Shown here one piece after another: positions 23,701-38,700 of a stretch of 64,000 bases of DNA. This DNA comes from Ascidiella aspersa (lineage: Eukaryota), in contig OZ004609.1 of assembly GCA_963924565.1 (NCBI GenBank), positions 6,510,001 through 6,574,000 of the forward strand, given 5' to 3'. The first letter of the stretch is position 1; every line of letters starts with the position of its first letter. The notes beneath the pieces are model-generated. The model saw nothing but the letters and a program-made list of their open reading frames with translations. It ran no database searches and was not told where the DNA came from. The translations under genes were made by a program, and so were the position numbers.

Positions 23701-26700
23701 ACAGAACAAGACTCTTAGTAAAGCACCAGGTTATTACGTAATTTTGTAAACCTTTTTTGAAATTCGAAGAAAATTATTGCGATTCAGCCACAGAGTATAA
23801 ACCATTTAGCCGCAAACCTGTGAGCCTTGGACTCCTGATGGACCCTCTGGACCGTCGAGTCCATCGGAACCGTCGGCACCCCGGTCACCCTGGAAAAGAT
23901 ACATTTACACCAAAATAATGAAAGTAACAAGTAGAGCAGTTATGAAATGATTTTGTGCATGTACGTTTTTGATTAAGACCTTAAACAATCGCTGATTTAA
24001 CTACTATGTAACAGTGGTGTATAAAAAAGTTTTAAATTAAAATTTTCAGGTCTAAAGACACGCATTCATTCCACGGAAAGTCACAACTTAAATAAAAGGT
24101 GTTGCACATTATTAGAACTTGACTGATAGCCAATGCAAGGTCTAGTATTACCATACACCCGACAACAGGGTGATATCGGTGCTAAGCATATAATGTTAAT
24201 ATTTCAGCCATTGTGATGAAATCAAGAAGGTTTTTTTTGTCTCCTTAATGTGATAAATCAATCGTCCCATGTAGGCTTTACTTTTCTTTTTACACCACTG
24301 CAAATTAAGTCCTAATAAATCTAAAAACACAACATTTACACGGTTTCATGTCAACAAAATGTTTTATATGATTATAGTAATGATGTCATGTGGTATTATC
24401 ATTTACCTCGATAATTAACATTAAAATGTCGGGTATTCGTATCAGAATAAAAGCATGGGATAATTTTACTCTGAATTAAACTCTTCGTAGGCATCACAAG
24501 GTAAAAAGCTGAAGCAAGTGTTTGGCTGGTGTTTTTGTGGTTTTACTGAAGGTGATGATAGTCTGCGGGCCTACTTTGCTTGTCCGCTTTTGTTTTTACA
24601 AAATTCAAGTTTTTAATCGTGTTTTTTTTCAGGTTCAATGTCGGAGAAGATTTTCTTATTAATCCACTAACAATAATTGTATTGCAACTCTGGAACACCA
24701 TTTGTTGAACATTAGGACTTGACACTTACCGTGAGACCCCTTTCACCACGTTGTCCTTCTGGTCCAGGCACGTCGGAAGGTTCACCCTTTTCACCCTTGA
24801 AGCCACGTTCGCCCTAACAACAAAAGTGACAAGTTAGCTGACTGAATGGTGTTAAGGCAGCCATTAATTGCACTTGACACTGGTGGTTATTTGGTGTTGT
24901 AGCCTCTGGGGTAACTTGTAGAATTTTAGTTACCCTTTGTTTGTGGGTTAAACAACAAAATAATGAGGTTATAATGGATTTGCACAATCAAACAAAATTT
25001 TAACATTTCAAAGGCTGAATACACAACTTTGCAATTTAGCAGGGCATTCGTTAAATTTGAAATTTGAGATTGCTTGAATTCGAAATTTCGGACTCACATG
25101 TTTAACAATTACCCAACCAAGGAAAAAAGTTTATGCTAAAGCCTGTCATTATCCTAATACAGCACTACTATAGTTTAGCAGTCAATCAGTGTATAGGTGT
25201 TTAACAGCGATTGTTAACCTGTGAGTAATTTATAAATTTTTGGGGGAATTTTATCATAGAAGTTAGATCCTAATTACGAACAAATAGAAAATGTAGTAGT
25301 TAGCATTTTGATTGTTTAAAAGTTACTGTTCATGTTATTGTAAATTCTAAGGTCATCCAAAGGTCCTTTCATCAATATATAATTGGTGACATGTCATAAC
25401 TTTTAAAAAGGTTTAATTAAAACCCATCAGGTGTTACTCGCGGGAAAGCTATTGCTATAGAACATTGACGGACAAAACAAACGATCAAAATTGAAACAAT
25501 AGTTACGAATTGAAGCCAACAGGTTGAACAAATTTAATGAAGGGCGAAAAATTTACCGCAGTTTTAATATGTTCACTGTGTGGTCAGTTTTACCTGTGGT
25601 CCTTCAGGTCCTCGCTCGCCAGTGATTCCAATTCTACCGGGAGATCCCCGTTCTCCTGGCACACCGTCTTCGCCCTGAAAAAGACAAACGAGTCATGGTT
25701 TACAAAATGTCCGATAATATCTGATTTCGGATTCTAGTCGATACCCGATGCAGACTGGATTTATCGGTACTTAGTAGATACGATGGTGTTTGATCTTAAG
25801 GAAGCCTTTACCCGATCTTGCAAGTTGTTAAGTTAATTTTGCAAAGTCAACAACAAACAATTGATTACTTCGTTAGCGCTTTGTTTGTAATTGCCCGCGT
25901 TACTATTTTTTCCCACAGACTATTTTACTTTATTTATAGGAACTTGCGATACCAATATAGGCGAAATATATATTCCTTGAACAATGTCTGATCCTGGTTT
26001 CACTCGGTTATTTAAACTTTGAGTTTTATTGTTGAAAATGAAGTTTGCCTTTTGGAACATTTCAACATTTTCACCCAAGCACGCCGTTGTTTCTTTAATC
26101 ACCCTCACTTTTAGCCCCCAGGCCTCGAAACCGGCCCAACGTAGGTCCCCGTCGCCCCAAAAGTACCAGGCCGTCCACCAAATTTTTTTTTTTAAGTTAG
26201 ATTACAGAAAAGGGTGCATTTTGTCATGAACTATAGTCTAATCTCCAAATATTTTTTTTCAATATAATCTTTAATAAATTTTCTTGAGAATAGATTATAG
26301 GTAAAATAATTTGACAAGTGGAGTCTCTCGAAGACAAAAAAGATTTTCACTTTAAATAAGATAAATATTAGACTGATATAAATCAAGTAATAAACAAGGA
26401 ACATTCCTTAGATTAAAGAATCATTTTCTTTTATAAAGAACGTGTGTTCAGTGTTTTCCTACATTAATTGTATTTGCATATGCTCCGCTGCATTCATATC
26501 GCTTTGTGCGGTTTGTAGCCGGAACCGCGATAAAAAGGGTCAGGCAAAGGTGAAGTCGATCGTTACAGGTTGGCAGATCCCAAATTGGCAGATGGCAATC
26601 TTTACAAGGCCATTGTGTCGTCGTTTATTGTGCCTAATGTCAGTAAATGTTAAAGCATCCGGACGACAAATATCAAGGTTTATTGGCAGGGCTGTAAACC

Positions 26701-29700
26701 TTGCCGCAAGCCTTCGAACAGTTAGCGAATGCTCGTAAAGTTTGCCCTGTCTCCCAAGTAGCCCATTTTTTTGGTTTTGACAGGCATAGGCTTGTGGTAA
26801 CGCCAATTGCAAACAAATGGTGGCATTTTGCTTTTATAAACGTTCGGGACTTAAGGACCGGCGGTGGCAGCTAGAGAGGAGAAAGAAAGCAAACATAGAA
26901 AATACGCACAAGTAGTGTTACTTATTAATATATCGGCTCATTTTTGGTGAATAATATCAATAGTGTATGATATATATTATAATAAATTTAATTTCAGAGA
27001 CGGTTGGCAAAAATAAAATGAAAATATTAATTCTTAAATATTAAACATAATTAAACAGTTATTTTAAAGGTAATGGAAAGGTGGTGAAGGTGTAAATGGA
27101 AAAGGCGCATAAACTTTTAAATGTAATGGACAGGTGCAGACATTTTAACTGCTTTTCTCGTTAAACTACTTCTTGAACTGTGTAAATTAAAAGTGACATT
27201 TTGCGTAGTTCTTTTAAATAGGGTTTTATTTTCACAAAATTATGTTTTACACAGTTATAGGCTTGCCTTACGAAAGTGAAAATAGCGTTCGCGTTAAGCA
27301 ATTCTTTCTAATCATTTCCTAAATAAACCAAACCAGAACAAGATAAAAAAGCTATTCTGTCTGGGGAAAATTTTGTTGCCTGTTTGTGTTAAGTACGATT
27401 TATTTAAAGTAAAATAAAACAAAGGGCACCGATAGATAGAGATTTGGATAAAGATTGATAACAATGGTGTGTTTGGGCAATATCAATATTTTGTCAATTT
27501 AATGTTACATTCCGAGAAATCGATTTTGCTTTGAACTTTTAAGTGCAAAAACTGGTGATGGCAATTAAAGGGCGTAAAAGGCAAAATATTTAGCAAGAAA
27601 CTCGACTTACTCTTTCTCCTGACGGTCCACGTTCGCCTCTCGGTCCTTGGACGCCTTGTGGTCCCTGCAAATAAAAACGAGAAAAATTGATCGTTTTGAA
27701 AATCAACAAGCCTTGTGTTACATCACAATCACGCGTCGAGTCGTACTTACCCTGCCTCCGTCCACGCCGTCAATTCCGGGGATGCCTTCTACGCCCTAAA
27801 CAAGAAAAATACACAGGTAAAAATCAACAGGATGTTAAGGCTTGGAGAAAACTCTCCGCTATAGGTAAGATTGATTGTCGCCCCGTTGCCTTATCTGGTT
27901 GGATAGCGATCTGCAACCCTATCGCATGTTGGTGTTTGTTTAAGATAACCTAAATTTTGTTCGACCGATCGTTAGCCACAATTGATGCAGCTGTCCTTTT
28001 AATGTCAAAAAAACGGTGCTATTTGCATAACTTCGCCCTGCGCATAACTTCACTCCGGGGCAATCTGGTTAAATCAACGACAGAACTTTCTCTCTACAAC
28101 ACTGAAATGAAGGTTTACGAACCGGTTCACCAGCTGGTCCAGGTTGTCCACAAAGACCTTGACGTCCAACTTCACCCTAAAAAGAAAGAAAAATCAATCG
28201 ACGTTAATTCAATTCAAGCAAAATAAACGTTGTCAAAAATGAAGTCCGCGATTCGCGTCACATACTTTAAAAGATATGCAGCTTATCAACATGGTTATTT
28301 TTAAAATGACATAGGCTACCTCGAAAATAGTTTGGTTCATTCATCAACTGCTGCAAGAAAAAGCAAATAAAAGCTGCTTCATTGTTGTGTTATTTCATAT
28401 TCTTGAAAGGTGGCGCTAAAACTTGTTCTACTAATATAACAAAACTGATTTGATGTTTAAATGAAGATTGTTTTAAGCATGAGCGATAAGAAGCACTGAT
28501 AAAATTCGTAGGTTGTAGGCTAGCTTGAATCAACACTGAAAAAAAACATTTTTGTTTGATGTTTTTTGTTGTTGTATAGCGTTTTTTAGCATTTAAGGGT
28601 CGGTTTTAAGTTGTTTTGGGTCAGTTTCACGTTGGTTATCGTTTGATTTAATAAGTTTTACGTTTAGCACTGTCAAATCAAGTTGTGCCGTTGCGTTGAT
28701 CAGCAGCTTACCTTGGGTCCATCTCTTCCATCGTTTCCGGTCATACCCTTGGGTCCAATAGGTCCTTCTTCGCCACGTTCACCCTAAAACAAATACCGGT
28801 AACTTAAAAGTGACAGGATACAAATATCCCTAAAATGTTTTCAAAATACCTTAAATAAAGTACGCGTGTATGGGACACAATGGGAAACAATAAGTTTTAA
28901 CTTTAATAGTTGTAATTGTTTTGGTAATAGCCTACAAATATTATTATATGGGGTAAACGTATAGTTTTATTAAAAATGCATAAACCTAATCATTGTTGCT
29001 TATTTTTCATACATAGCTTTTTTCAGACATTCAAGGGTTCTGCCAATTAAACTTCAGTTGTGATTCTGTTTGTATAGAAAACAATAACGTTTTACATGCC
29101 TTAAAAAGTAGAAATTATATGCTGGAAAAGTTAAACAGCAACTAAAACAGTGTATTATCTCAAGGATTACCTGGATTCCAATTCCGGGTTCGCCCTTAGG
29201 TCCACGTGGTCCTTCTTCGCCCTTAAAATAAAAGTGCAAGATATTAGAACACGTAAAAACTTTCTTATGCTAATATTGTAAATTACTGAAATTTTTGAAA
29301 GGCACTATCGCATAACTCTAAACAAGCATTTCTACTAACTTACCGGCACTCCGTCTTCACCGTTGTCACCTGGTTCACCCTGCAATGGTAAACATGTAGT
29401 TATCAGAATAAACGTCGCAGAATAAAGGTTAAGCAATAAATTTTAAAATGTAACCACATTGGTCGATAAACCACATTCATCCAGAGTAGGAAAATATTAA
29501 ACCCTACGGCCAATTTTCGTTCACGAACCGTGTTTAGTTTCGACTTAGAGTAACATAACATTATATAACTATATTCTACACATTCCAAGTAGTGCCCTAT
29601 ATTGCATAGTTAACACAAGAAAAGGCATTACTGATTATTGAAATAAGAATAACGATCTAGAAAAAGTATAATGTTAAGTAGCTTATAAATATAAATGTTT

Positions 29701-32700
29701 TTTTTTATTTCTATTCTAAGTATTACAATAATTTTCGTTAGTATGGCCCATCTTACAATTTTGTGGCGCAATCTGGATAAGAATTGAAAACAGTTTGATC
29801 CATGGAAACAAAAGTTAAAAGACACTTGAGCAACTTATAGCTAGAAATGATTTTTTTGATATTATTTGTTAGTATGGCTCATCTGACAATTTTTATGTCG
29901 CATCTTGATAAGAAGTGAAAACAAATCAATTGAAACCAAGTCAGGGTAGGCTTACCCCTGCTTTCAAATAACCAACTATAATGTTACTTGGCTATATATG
30001 TTACTTAGTTGTTTTTTTTCAGTGTTATAAGTCACTTACCTGTGGGCCAATTGGACCTTGTGGTCCCTCTTCACCTTGCCGACCTTGTTCACCCTGTAAA
30101 CACGGGTGGTTAGCAAGTTTACATGTAATGGACAACACAGCGTCGGCGCATCCAACATGGTCGTTTTAGGCTCTTTAACGCAGTAAAACATGTAATTCCA
30201 ATTCCCTGAACGCGAAATGCTAGCTCTTAATGTTTGTAACAGTCGGGGTAGGGTGGAAGACGCAACTAGATTTCGACCACCTGGTATGTTAAAACTGCTT
30301 GGTCATTTGCCATTAGGGCTGTACATCAAACACAATCGTGATTCGAGAAAGTTCCATTTACAAGACGACGAAGGACCTTTAGGCTTTAGTTAAACGATGA
30401 AAAAACATAAGTAACATTCCGAACGAATAAAGAGTTAGAACTTTTCAGGTTAAATACCGCCTATAACTGCTATATAATCATGATTTATGCACATAATACA
30501 GGAGGTTAAAAACTATTTAGCAAACAATTTGTGAAGCTTTATAATTGAAATCCGATTTTTTATTTCATTATTAACAACCTACGTAAATTTCTAATGAATT
30601 AAATCGAAATAAGTTAAGAAGTAACTTAAATTCGATTTCAGGGCAAGTTTGCAAGGAAATTCCACAACGTAGTTTTTACTTTATAAATTAAATATACACC
30701 AACGGCTGATTCGTTGTTGCCCGAACCTAAACGAAGTGCTAAATGGGACACTGTGCCGTATTACGTGAAGTACATTCGTACCTGGGGTCCTTGTGGGCCA
30801 TCCTCTCCTTGTTCACCAGTATCACCCTTGGGGCCTGTTTCGCCCCTTGGTCCTCGTTCACCCTAGAATATAAATGAGTTGGAGTCAGTAAGCTATTCTT
30901 TATAAATACCAGAGTTATCTTTATATATGTTTGCAAGCTAAGAATACGATATTATGGTAGTGTAATTACACATAAAAAAACATAAACATAAAAAATGTAA
31001 GAACTGTTGGCCAATATTTAAAAAAAAATTGCTGATTTAATATACAAAGTTGAGTAACTCCAAACTAAGTGTCCTAATGAAGTTAAGATTAAGTTTACAT
31101 AGGCATGCAGGTGTCAACAAGTATTTGTGACAAAAGAAGTGTAATGTAAAGCGAAATATATAACTATTTTCAACAAAATTTGGTTTTGCCAAAAAAATAG
31201 TAAATTTATCCGTTTTTCTGAAAAAACCATAACATATTTCCGTAGTCAAATATGGGCTGAAATATTGGCCAACCTTTACCGACACGATATATCAGTAGCG
31301 AGCTTCGTATCGGAAATAACCGCTATAAGCCACTTACAGCTGACAACAGCGGTAAAAACACAAACAATTTGCAATGAAACCGTAGGTAAAATGTACAACA
31401 CTTTGCACTATACAATCATAAGCAGTTTAAAGCATCTTGTAAAAAGTCATACCTCTTCTCCTTGTGGGCCTGTTTCTCCGATTTCGCCCTGCAGAAAGTA
31501 AAATTCAATAAATCTCAAACCTTTTAGTTTAGGAAAAATAAATGTTAAATGATGCGTTGCGAATGGTTTGTGCTTTATATTCACGGTTGGTAAGTTGCGT
31601 CAACTGAAAACCCACAAATATGGATTGGGCCTGGTTTGAATTTAAGCTCCGTTAAAAGTCTAGACACGGCTTTATTCCGAAAATAGATATGCTTGAATAT
31701 GCGGAAGTATAGGCTGTGGGATCATCAAACGCAGACGCTTTGTGTGCTTGAGTTGCACAGCATTGGATAAATTAAAATATTATCATGCAGCTTTAAATTC
31801 AAACTCGAAGTTGTATACAACATTATTGCTCTTGTGGATGTTTTGTTCATTTAACGACTTATTTTACATAAATGCGGGTTTATAGTAATATCTTATTTTG
31901 GGTTATTTTGTGATACTGCTAGTAAAAATATTGAACAACTACACGATTTTATTGGATTTATTAAGTTAATATTGCTATTTGTATGGTGTTAAATGAGTTG
32001 TTATATCAGAACTAAATATGTTTTTATTGAAATTTTAGTGCTGAATTTTACAAATGTCGTCTTATTTATGTATCTTGGTCAGTAACAGCACAATAACCTA
32101 GCAAATCTAGTTATTAAGGTCAGATACTATTAATAGATGTTGAAACATATTCATATATTTTTCGGCAAAGGTATCGTCAGTATTTTTCAATTAAAATTGT
32201 GATAATCATTAAAAATAGGGTCTGACCTGATTATACTAGCTTTTCCAGACTATTCTACTGTGTTTACAAATTGAGGAATAAAGCCAACGACAATCCTATT
32301 GCGTCTGGAAAGTGTGCGTGATGTTTACTGCTCAGCCAAAAAGCGTGGTCAAATATCGAATTACAAAAGTCTAAAATCAACGCTAAATTCCGGAATATCA
32401 TTATTCCAATTCAAGGCATGCAAAAATAAAGTGTCGATCGGTCGCTCTTGAACATGCCCGTACAGTAACGAGCTCGTAAAACAGCTATTAAAGCTGCACA
32501 CTTTCCCACACAGAGTTCTACAGCTAAGTATAGGTTTCTTACCTTGGGGCCAACTTCGCCTTGGGGACCGCCAATTCCCTGGATAATAAAGAAAATTCAA
32601 AGTCAAATTCGTCGGCAAATCTAGTCAGTTATTTAACAATATAGGAGACAATATGTGCACTTAAGGAATTTAAAGAAGACTTGTAAGGTTCTTTCAAGTT

Positions 32701-35700
32701 TTATTATTTTAAAATAGTTTTGGTCATCAAATATTCAATATAATTAGACGAGTGTTGGTCTACTTACCTGTGGACCATCATCTCCCTGAAAAACAAAAAT
32801 AGACATCGATTAAAAACTTTATTCATTACACCACAAAGTAAAAATACATCACAACAAAAAGTAAAAAACGATATTATATACACAAATCTACGAAATTAAG
32901 TTAGACTAGCTAATATGTTATGATTCGCTTTAGAAACTTTTTCTGAAACAGTGTAGCCTAATTATGTTACCGTTTCGCCTTGAACACCTCTAGGTCCACG
33001 AGGTCCGATTTCTCCTTTGGGTCCAACTTCTCCCTGAAAGGTAAACAATCAATAGCTATTAAGCTAACTTAATTTCTTAAAATTGAAAACAACTTTTTTG
33101 AGCAGCATGCTAATCAAAAAGCAGCATGGGAGTTGAAGATATTCACTACGAATCCCAAGTAAACTATTTAGTTTGGAAAACATCTTCCAATAAGTCTCAA
33201 ATTATGTCTCTTGTAATTTAATAAAACTCTGCTTTAATACTTAGAAAATCTTGAGTTAATGTAGTAACTTGGGTTTTCAGGAGAGCCAAAAGCTTTTCGA
33301 ACTAACGCAGGAAACCTTTTTAGAGACGCTTATTTAAATGTGGTAAGATGAACTTTTAGCCTTGTATAAAATGTGTGGTTGATAGCATTTACATATGAAG
33401 AAAATTCCCTACCAGGGCAAATATCTATTAAGATGACCTTATAATATGGGCTATAATTAATGCTGAAACTTACCTTGATCGACTTTCCGTCGTCGCCCTG
33501 TGGGCCTTCGGGTCCCTGCGGTCCGATTGGCAGCTAAAAGAGAAAATAAACGGAAATCGTTTAATGCACCCGTCTGACTCTATTTCAAAGCTTATGTCTA
33601 GTCGAGAAAGGCGGGAAAATTTGGTTATTCGGTCGACGCAGTTTAACATTTACATTTTCACGACCGCATGACTAGTCGTTCGACCCAGTGTTGTTTATAG
33701 AATTATTTTAGCTATGTATCTAGGTTACAGGGATGAGACAAATCCAGTATGGGGCTATAATTATGCCCCAGCTTTTCTTTTGTTTACTACTTTTCCTAGT
33801 GGAGTAATTGTGCAAACTAGGCGTGACAATCGTTCTACATATACAGTTCATATATACATTGTATATCTAAAGCAGTGGCTTATAGTTTAATTCTCGCGAA
33901 ACGGGCATTTTAACAACTTATGGGGCGTAATTTAAACAGTGGTATAATGTGCTATTTTGATCGCTGAAAGGCAAAGAGTTTGGATTGTTTAATTAAATTT
34001 GTAAAGCGAATAATATGGATAGTATTGTTCTTTAACGTAATCATACTAAAAACGTTAAGAACTACCGATCTAACATTCTACAGTACTTGAATTGCAAATA
34101 TCAATTTTATAAGAGCTTTATAATTATCTGCTTTCCTTAAAGCGATTTTGCAATTAGCGTTTTTCTTATTTTAAAAATTTGGCGTATACAAGAGCAAAAC
34201 CTACATTAATAAAACTTTACAGTAACGGTCAACTACTCTTCGATATTACTGGAAAATAATCTTAGTTAAGTTGTTATGCCATTTTTTAGCCATTTTAACT
34301 CGAAAGATTTTCCTAAAGCCGCAATTCAACAGGCAAAACAACAACGTGACTTAGTGCTCCTTTGGTACAATCAAGCTGAGCATGCCGTGTGTTAACGCCA
34401 GTGGGAGTACAAAAGCAGGTTTTATCCAAGAGTCGTGCACGTTTTATATTTCCTACACAGTGTCATTGGAAACTCATTTTTTATTGTTTCCAATGTGGCA
34501 TGCTTGATTTTGATTTGCGTGTTGATTGGGTCTTATTGAAACCGCTTGATAATAACCAGCATGACGCCAAATTAGCTGCGTGATAGTGATTGTAAAGGAG
34601 CGAACGTGAAGGCAGAGCTATATACAAGAACGTTTGGTTGTTTTCCAAATGACATATTGGTCTATGAACGTTTGTACTTGTGATTTTTCTTTCTTATTTC
34701 CTTCAACTTGTTATATTATACTTCTGATTTAATCGAATAGTACTCGTGCAACATATTTCATTGGTACTCGCAGTTTAATAGAAGAGTTTTCGTCCAGCTC
34801 GCTTTTTTCACTGGTAGTTTGGTCGAGTAGTTCTCATTTAACTAGTTTTATTGAACTTACAGTTTAATTGATTTGTTATTGCCAATACGTTTAATATACT
34901 ATAACAATAATCAATAATCTACAACCCAAACCCAATCACTCAGTGCAATAGGAATCCATGTATTATTACTGGTCACGAGAGGTAAGTATATACTACAGTA
35001 CAGGGGTTAATAAAAAATTTAGTAGCAGAAAATGGATTGCTAAAGGGCGACTCCACCAATACTAATTTTTTATAAATGTGCGATCGGTATGTAACAAAGT
35101 CTGTTATTGCCATTAATAGGCCGCGCAGAAGTTAAAGTTATTTGCCGACTGAAGGAAAATTGAAACGGACGAATAGAGTGTAAAGTGACGAAATAATGGG
35201 GCTGTGAATGACGCACTTTGCGCTTTGCTTACGTCGCTAAACGTAGTAACCAGATAAGCGAAACAACTGACTTAAAGCCGTTTAAGAGAATTTAAGTAAA
35301 AAGCATATTCCACTGTTTAGGAAGCAAAGAGAAGTTTGGCTGTTTTTCTGCCGAAATTCCCGTTTTTTCTAGAATTTTAAAAACCGTGACCGGGCGTTCC
35401 GGTCAAATATATCGCTCAAATTTGTACCAGTTTTCCTTTTCTGTTATTATGAACTAATCTACAAAGCTTGTCTAACACCAACTAGATTTCGGGTGTGTGC
35501 CATAGATTTTGTTGTATTGGATAAATTTATTTTTCTGTATTTTTATTTCGTTTTGTAGCGATAGTTTTAGTTACAAAGTTCGACTACCAGATTTTAGTAC
35601 AAATTATAAAATAAAATATTTGTATATGTTTTACATTTTTAGCTAGGTATAATGCTTCCTATATATCAAATTATTAGCTATAAACACTTTAAACATAAAC

Positions 35701-38700
35701 CTTTTTGATGGATGTGTTAGCAAGGCGTCTCATTTAAAACTGCGACAAAGGGGCAATATTGGGAGTGGTATAAGGATGATAAATTTCCATAGGAACATGG
35801 CCAACTTTAGTTGGGATACAGTAGGTTGTAAAGTGCTTTACTTACCTCACACTGGCAGGTGCAGTTGTTACATGAAGGTCCGGTAAGAGGGGCAGGAGCG
35901 TCGTTGCCACACTAGATGTTTAGAACAAAATATAACCGACATTTACACAAATATTTTAGTTGTGAAACAAGTTTTTTTTGACTTGTAATAGCTAATCAAC
36001 CATTTGTTCGTTTGGTATAACATAATTATTGTAATAAATTGTACTATTTTCGTTATAGTATTAGCAAGTTAATAAAGATCGGGCCATTCGCTGTTTAACA
36101 ACAAGTTAGTAAACCGGCATATTCCATCTATATTGTGGATCTCTAATAAATAATTCAAACTGTTTGTTTTACAATAGGAATTTGGTAATGTATCCAGAAA
36201 GTCATTTTTAGTTTAAGTTAAATAACCGTGCTTTTTGCTTCAGTGGTCATAGTCGCTCTGAAAGAAAGTTACCGGCACTTTGCTGTATCTATTAGCGCAC
36301 AATACCGGCTGCAGATAGCATAGGCCAGGCCACATTTAAAGACACATCGAAGGGAAATGGTCACGGCGAATTGTGGCCAAATCACTTGGTATTGTCGTTC
36401 TCTGCTGTGTTAGATTCGAGATAAGGCGGGGAAGGCGATAAGCGCATTCAAACGTAAACAAAACTTCAGGCGCGGTTCCGGTCGGCCGGCAATTGTCACA
36501 GCCCGAATCCTATTGGCTGGAGAACGAAAGAAAAAGGCACATGCTCTCTTATCTCTCTCGTCTTCTCTCACCTTCTGCAAAACAAAAAAACGGAAGCGTT
36601 TTTACTTCGAGCCCGATATCCGATACGATAAAGAGTTGAGCCTTAAAAAAGCAAGTCTCGTTTGTGAGTGTATGCACGACTTTAAGTGCGCTCAGGGTTG
36701 CATCGACCCTTGAAACTTTTATATTGGCGTATATATATATTCTATTTGAACCTTTAGCAATAGCTGGCAAAAGAAGCAACGCTAGTATTTCCTCATTTTG
36801 TAAAAACAATGATTAAAAAATGAGTTTTTTATTATAAAGTAATGTACAATAGGGTTAAGTAAACTTCCTTTGTTGAGGGATTCCATATTTAACCGCTATA
36901 CAGCAAACTATGTATGATCAGTTGCTTGGTTTAAATTGGTTATAAACTGTTTAAAGATCGCGTTCTTATGCAGCGCATAGTCTGCTGAAAATCTAAAATA
37001 AATACAATTACCGTAACTACATTCATCAATACTACCCAGGACAAACATCATTAAAATCAATGCAAAGTGCAAAGGTAAATGTCACACTGACTGGCAGCAT
37101 GCCAGGGGATTTTAAATTATTTTATTCAGCACTTTTCACAAGAGGACAGTGTTTAGGTTTTTAGGGTGCAAACGTTGTTCTACTAATTTTGTTCGACTTA
37201 CTTCAAGGGCCTTTACGATGTCGTTAATGGTGTCTTGGCTTCTCATCTCGAAGAAAGTAGAAGTTGCCTCTCGTCCAACCCTGGCCAGCTCATTCATGGT
37301 GACGACGTCAGGGCAGTTTCCTTCATTCCATCCATCGTTCATCGGACCGCTGAGGAATAAAGTCAAGACTAGAGCTTAACCCTGGTGTTCTTGTATAACC
37401 CTGTATCTAGACACATCACATGCATTCAAATATGGCAATTTTGGCACATTGGTTAGCTATAAGGAATGTTATTGCTACATACAGTAATAGGTTGGGTACC
37501 CATACATATTCGCAAGTTTTTAGAATATAATTTATCTTAGCGAAACTCTCTTGTATCTACAAGGCACATAATTTCATGTTGAATTTGTTTTCTAAAAAAC
37601 GGGTATTGGTAGTTTTACGGCCACAAAATAAACACTAAAATTGCCAAAAGCAGAAAAATCATCTTTCAAAGTCGATTTCTTTCAGGAAGTTACAAATACC
37701 ACATCTTGACACAGCCAATACAGACTGCAAATTGAAGAAGTTAATAAGCGTACCATGCAATGGATATTGGGGAAAACTAAATGTTTAGCTACTTAGAATT
37801 ATTTGCTCTAGCTACTTAAGAATTATTAACTAAAAATAAGCCCCCAGTAAAAAAACATTTGATCATTATAACCTGAGGACGATTCCTTTAGGCAAAATAG
37901 ATTCTCACACAATAAAGCGCGGGCCACCCGTCGTCCTATTTTCGAGAAGGAAGTATTGCTTGTCAGGCAACACACCACCCACGTCGACCTCTATACTGAG
38001 CCTGTTGGCGTTTGCTCCGAGTTGGAATGTTATATGACCGTCCAATATTATCCCACAAATGTCAACGTACAAGGATCCTTTGATAGCGCAGGCCTTAAGG
38101 GTTTAGCAATTATTTACGTAGTGTACAAGTATTCTACATGCCCTATCCTACATGCGTCATATCGAAGAAACCGGATACATTTATGATTTTACGTCGTGTG
38201 ACAAGAGAAAAGGATGTACTAATGTACAAGTGTAGCAAATAGTCTTTGGAGATAAATCAGATAACGGCAAATTTAATAGTGATATGTTTTAAATCTAGCC
38301 GAAGAATATTTTTTGCGCATATATAACTTATAGGTTTATGCTGAATTAAGTATAATATTCGTCTCCACAAATATACCTTTGTGGCGACATTCTTGCAATA
38401 AAAATTTGAATAAAAATATCTGCATTTTCAGAAACATGGTCAATCACAGAAACCGCACGTTTTTTGAGCTACGATTATTATCTTAGCTTAATTGATTACT
38501 ATGAAACATGGGTACCCCATATTGGTGTTTGTAGAGGGCTCCAGCTGACCAAGCTGCGGCCGTGCACTCTGATATCTTTTGGCTATTTTTAATCGTGGGA
38601 AATTATTCATTCTTTTATGTTATTGTTTTCTACCTTTTCCAGCTGTATATATTTGATGATATCCATGCCTACTATAGTTTCAGAAACAAATACACTTTAT

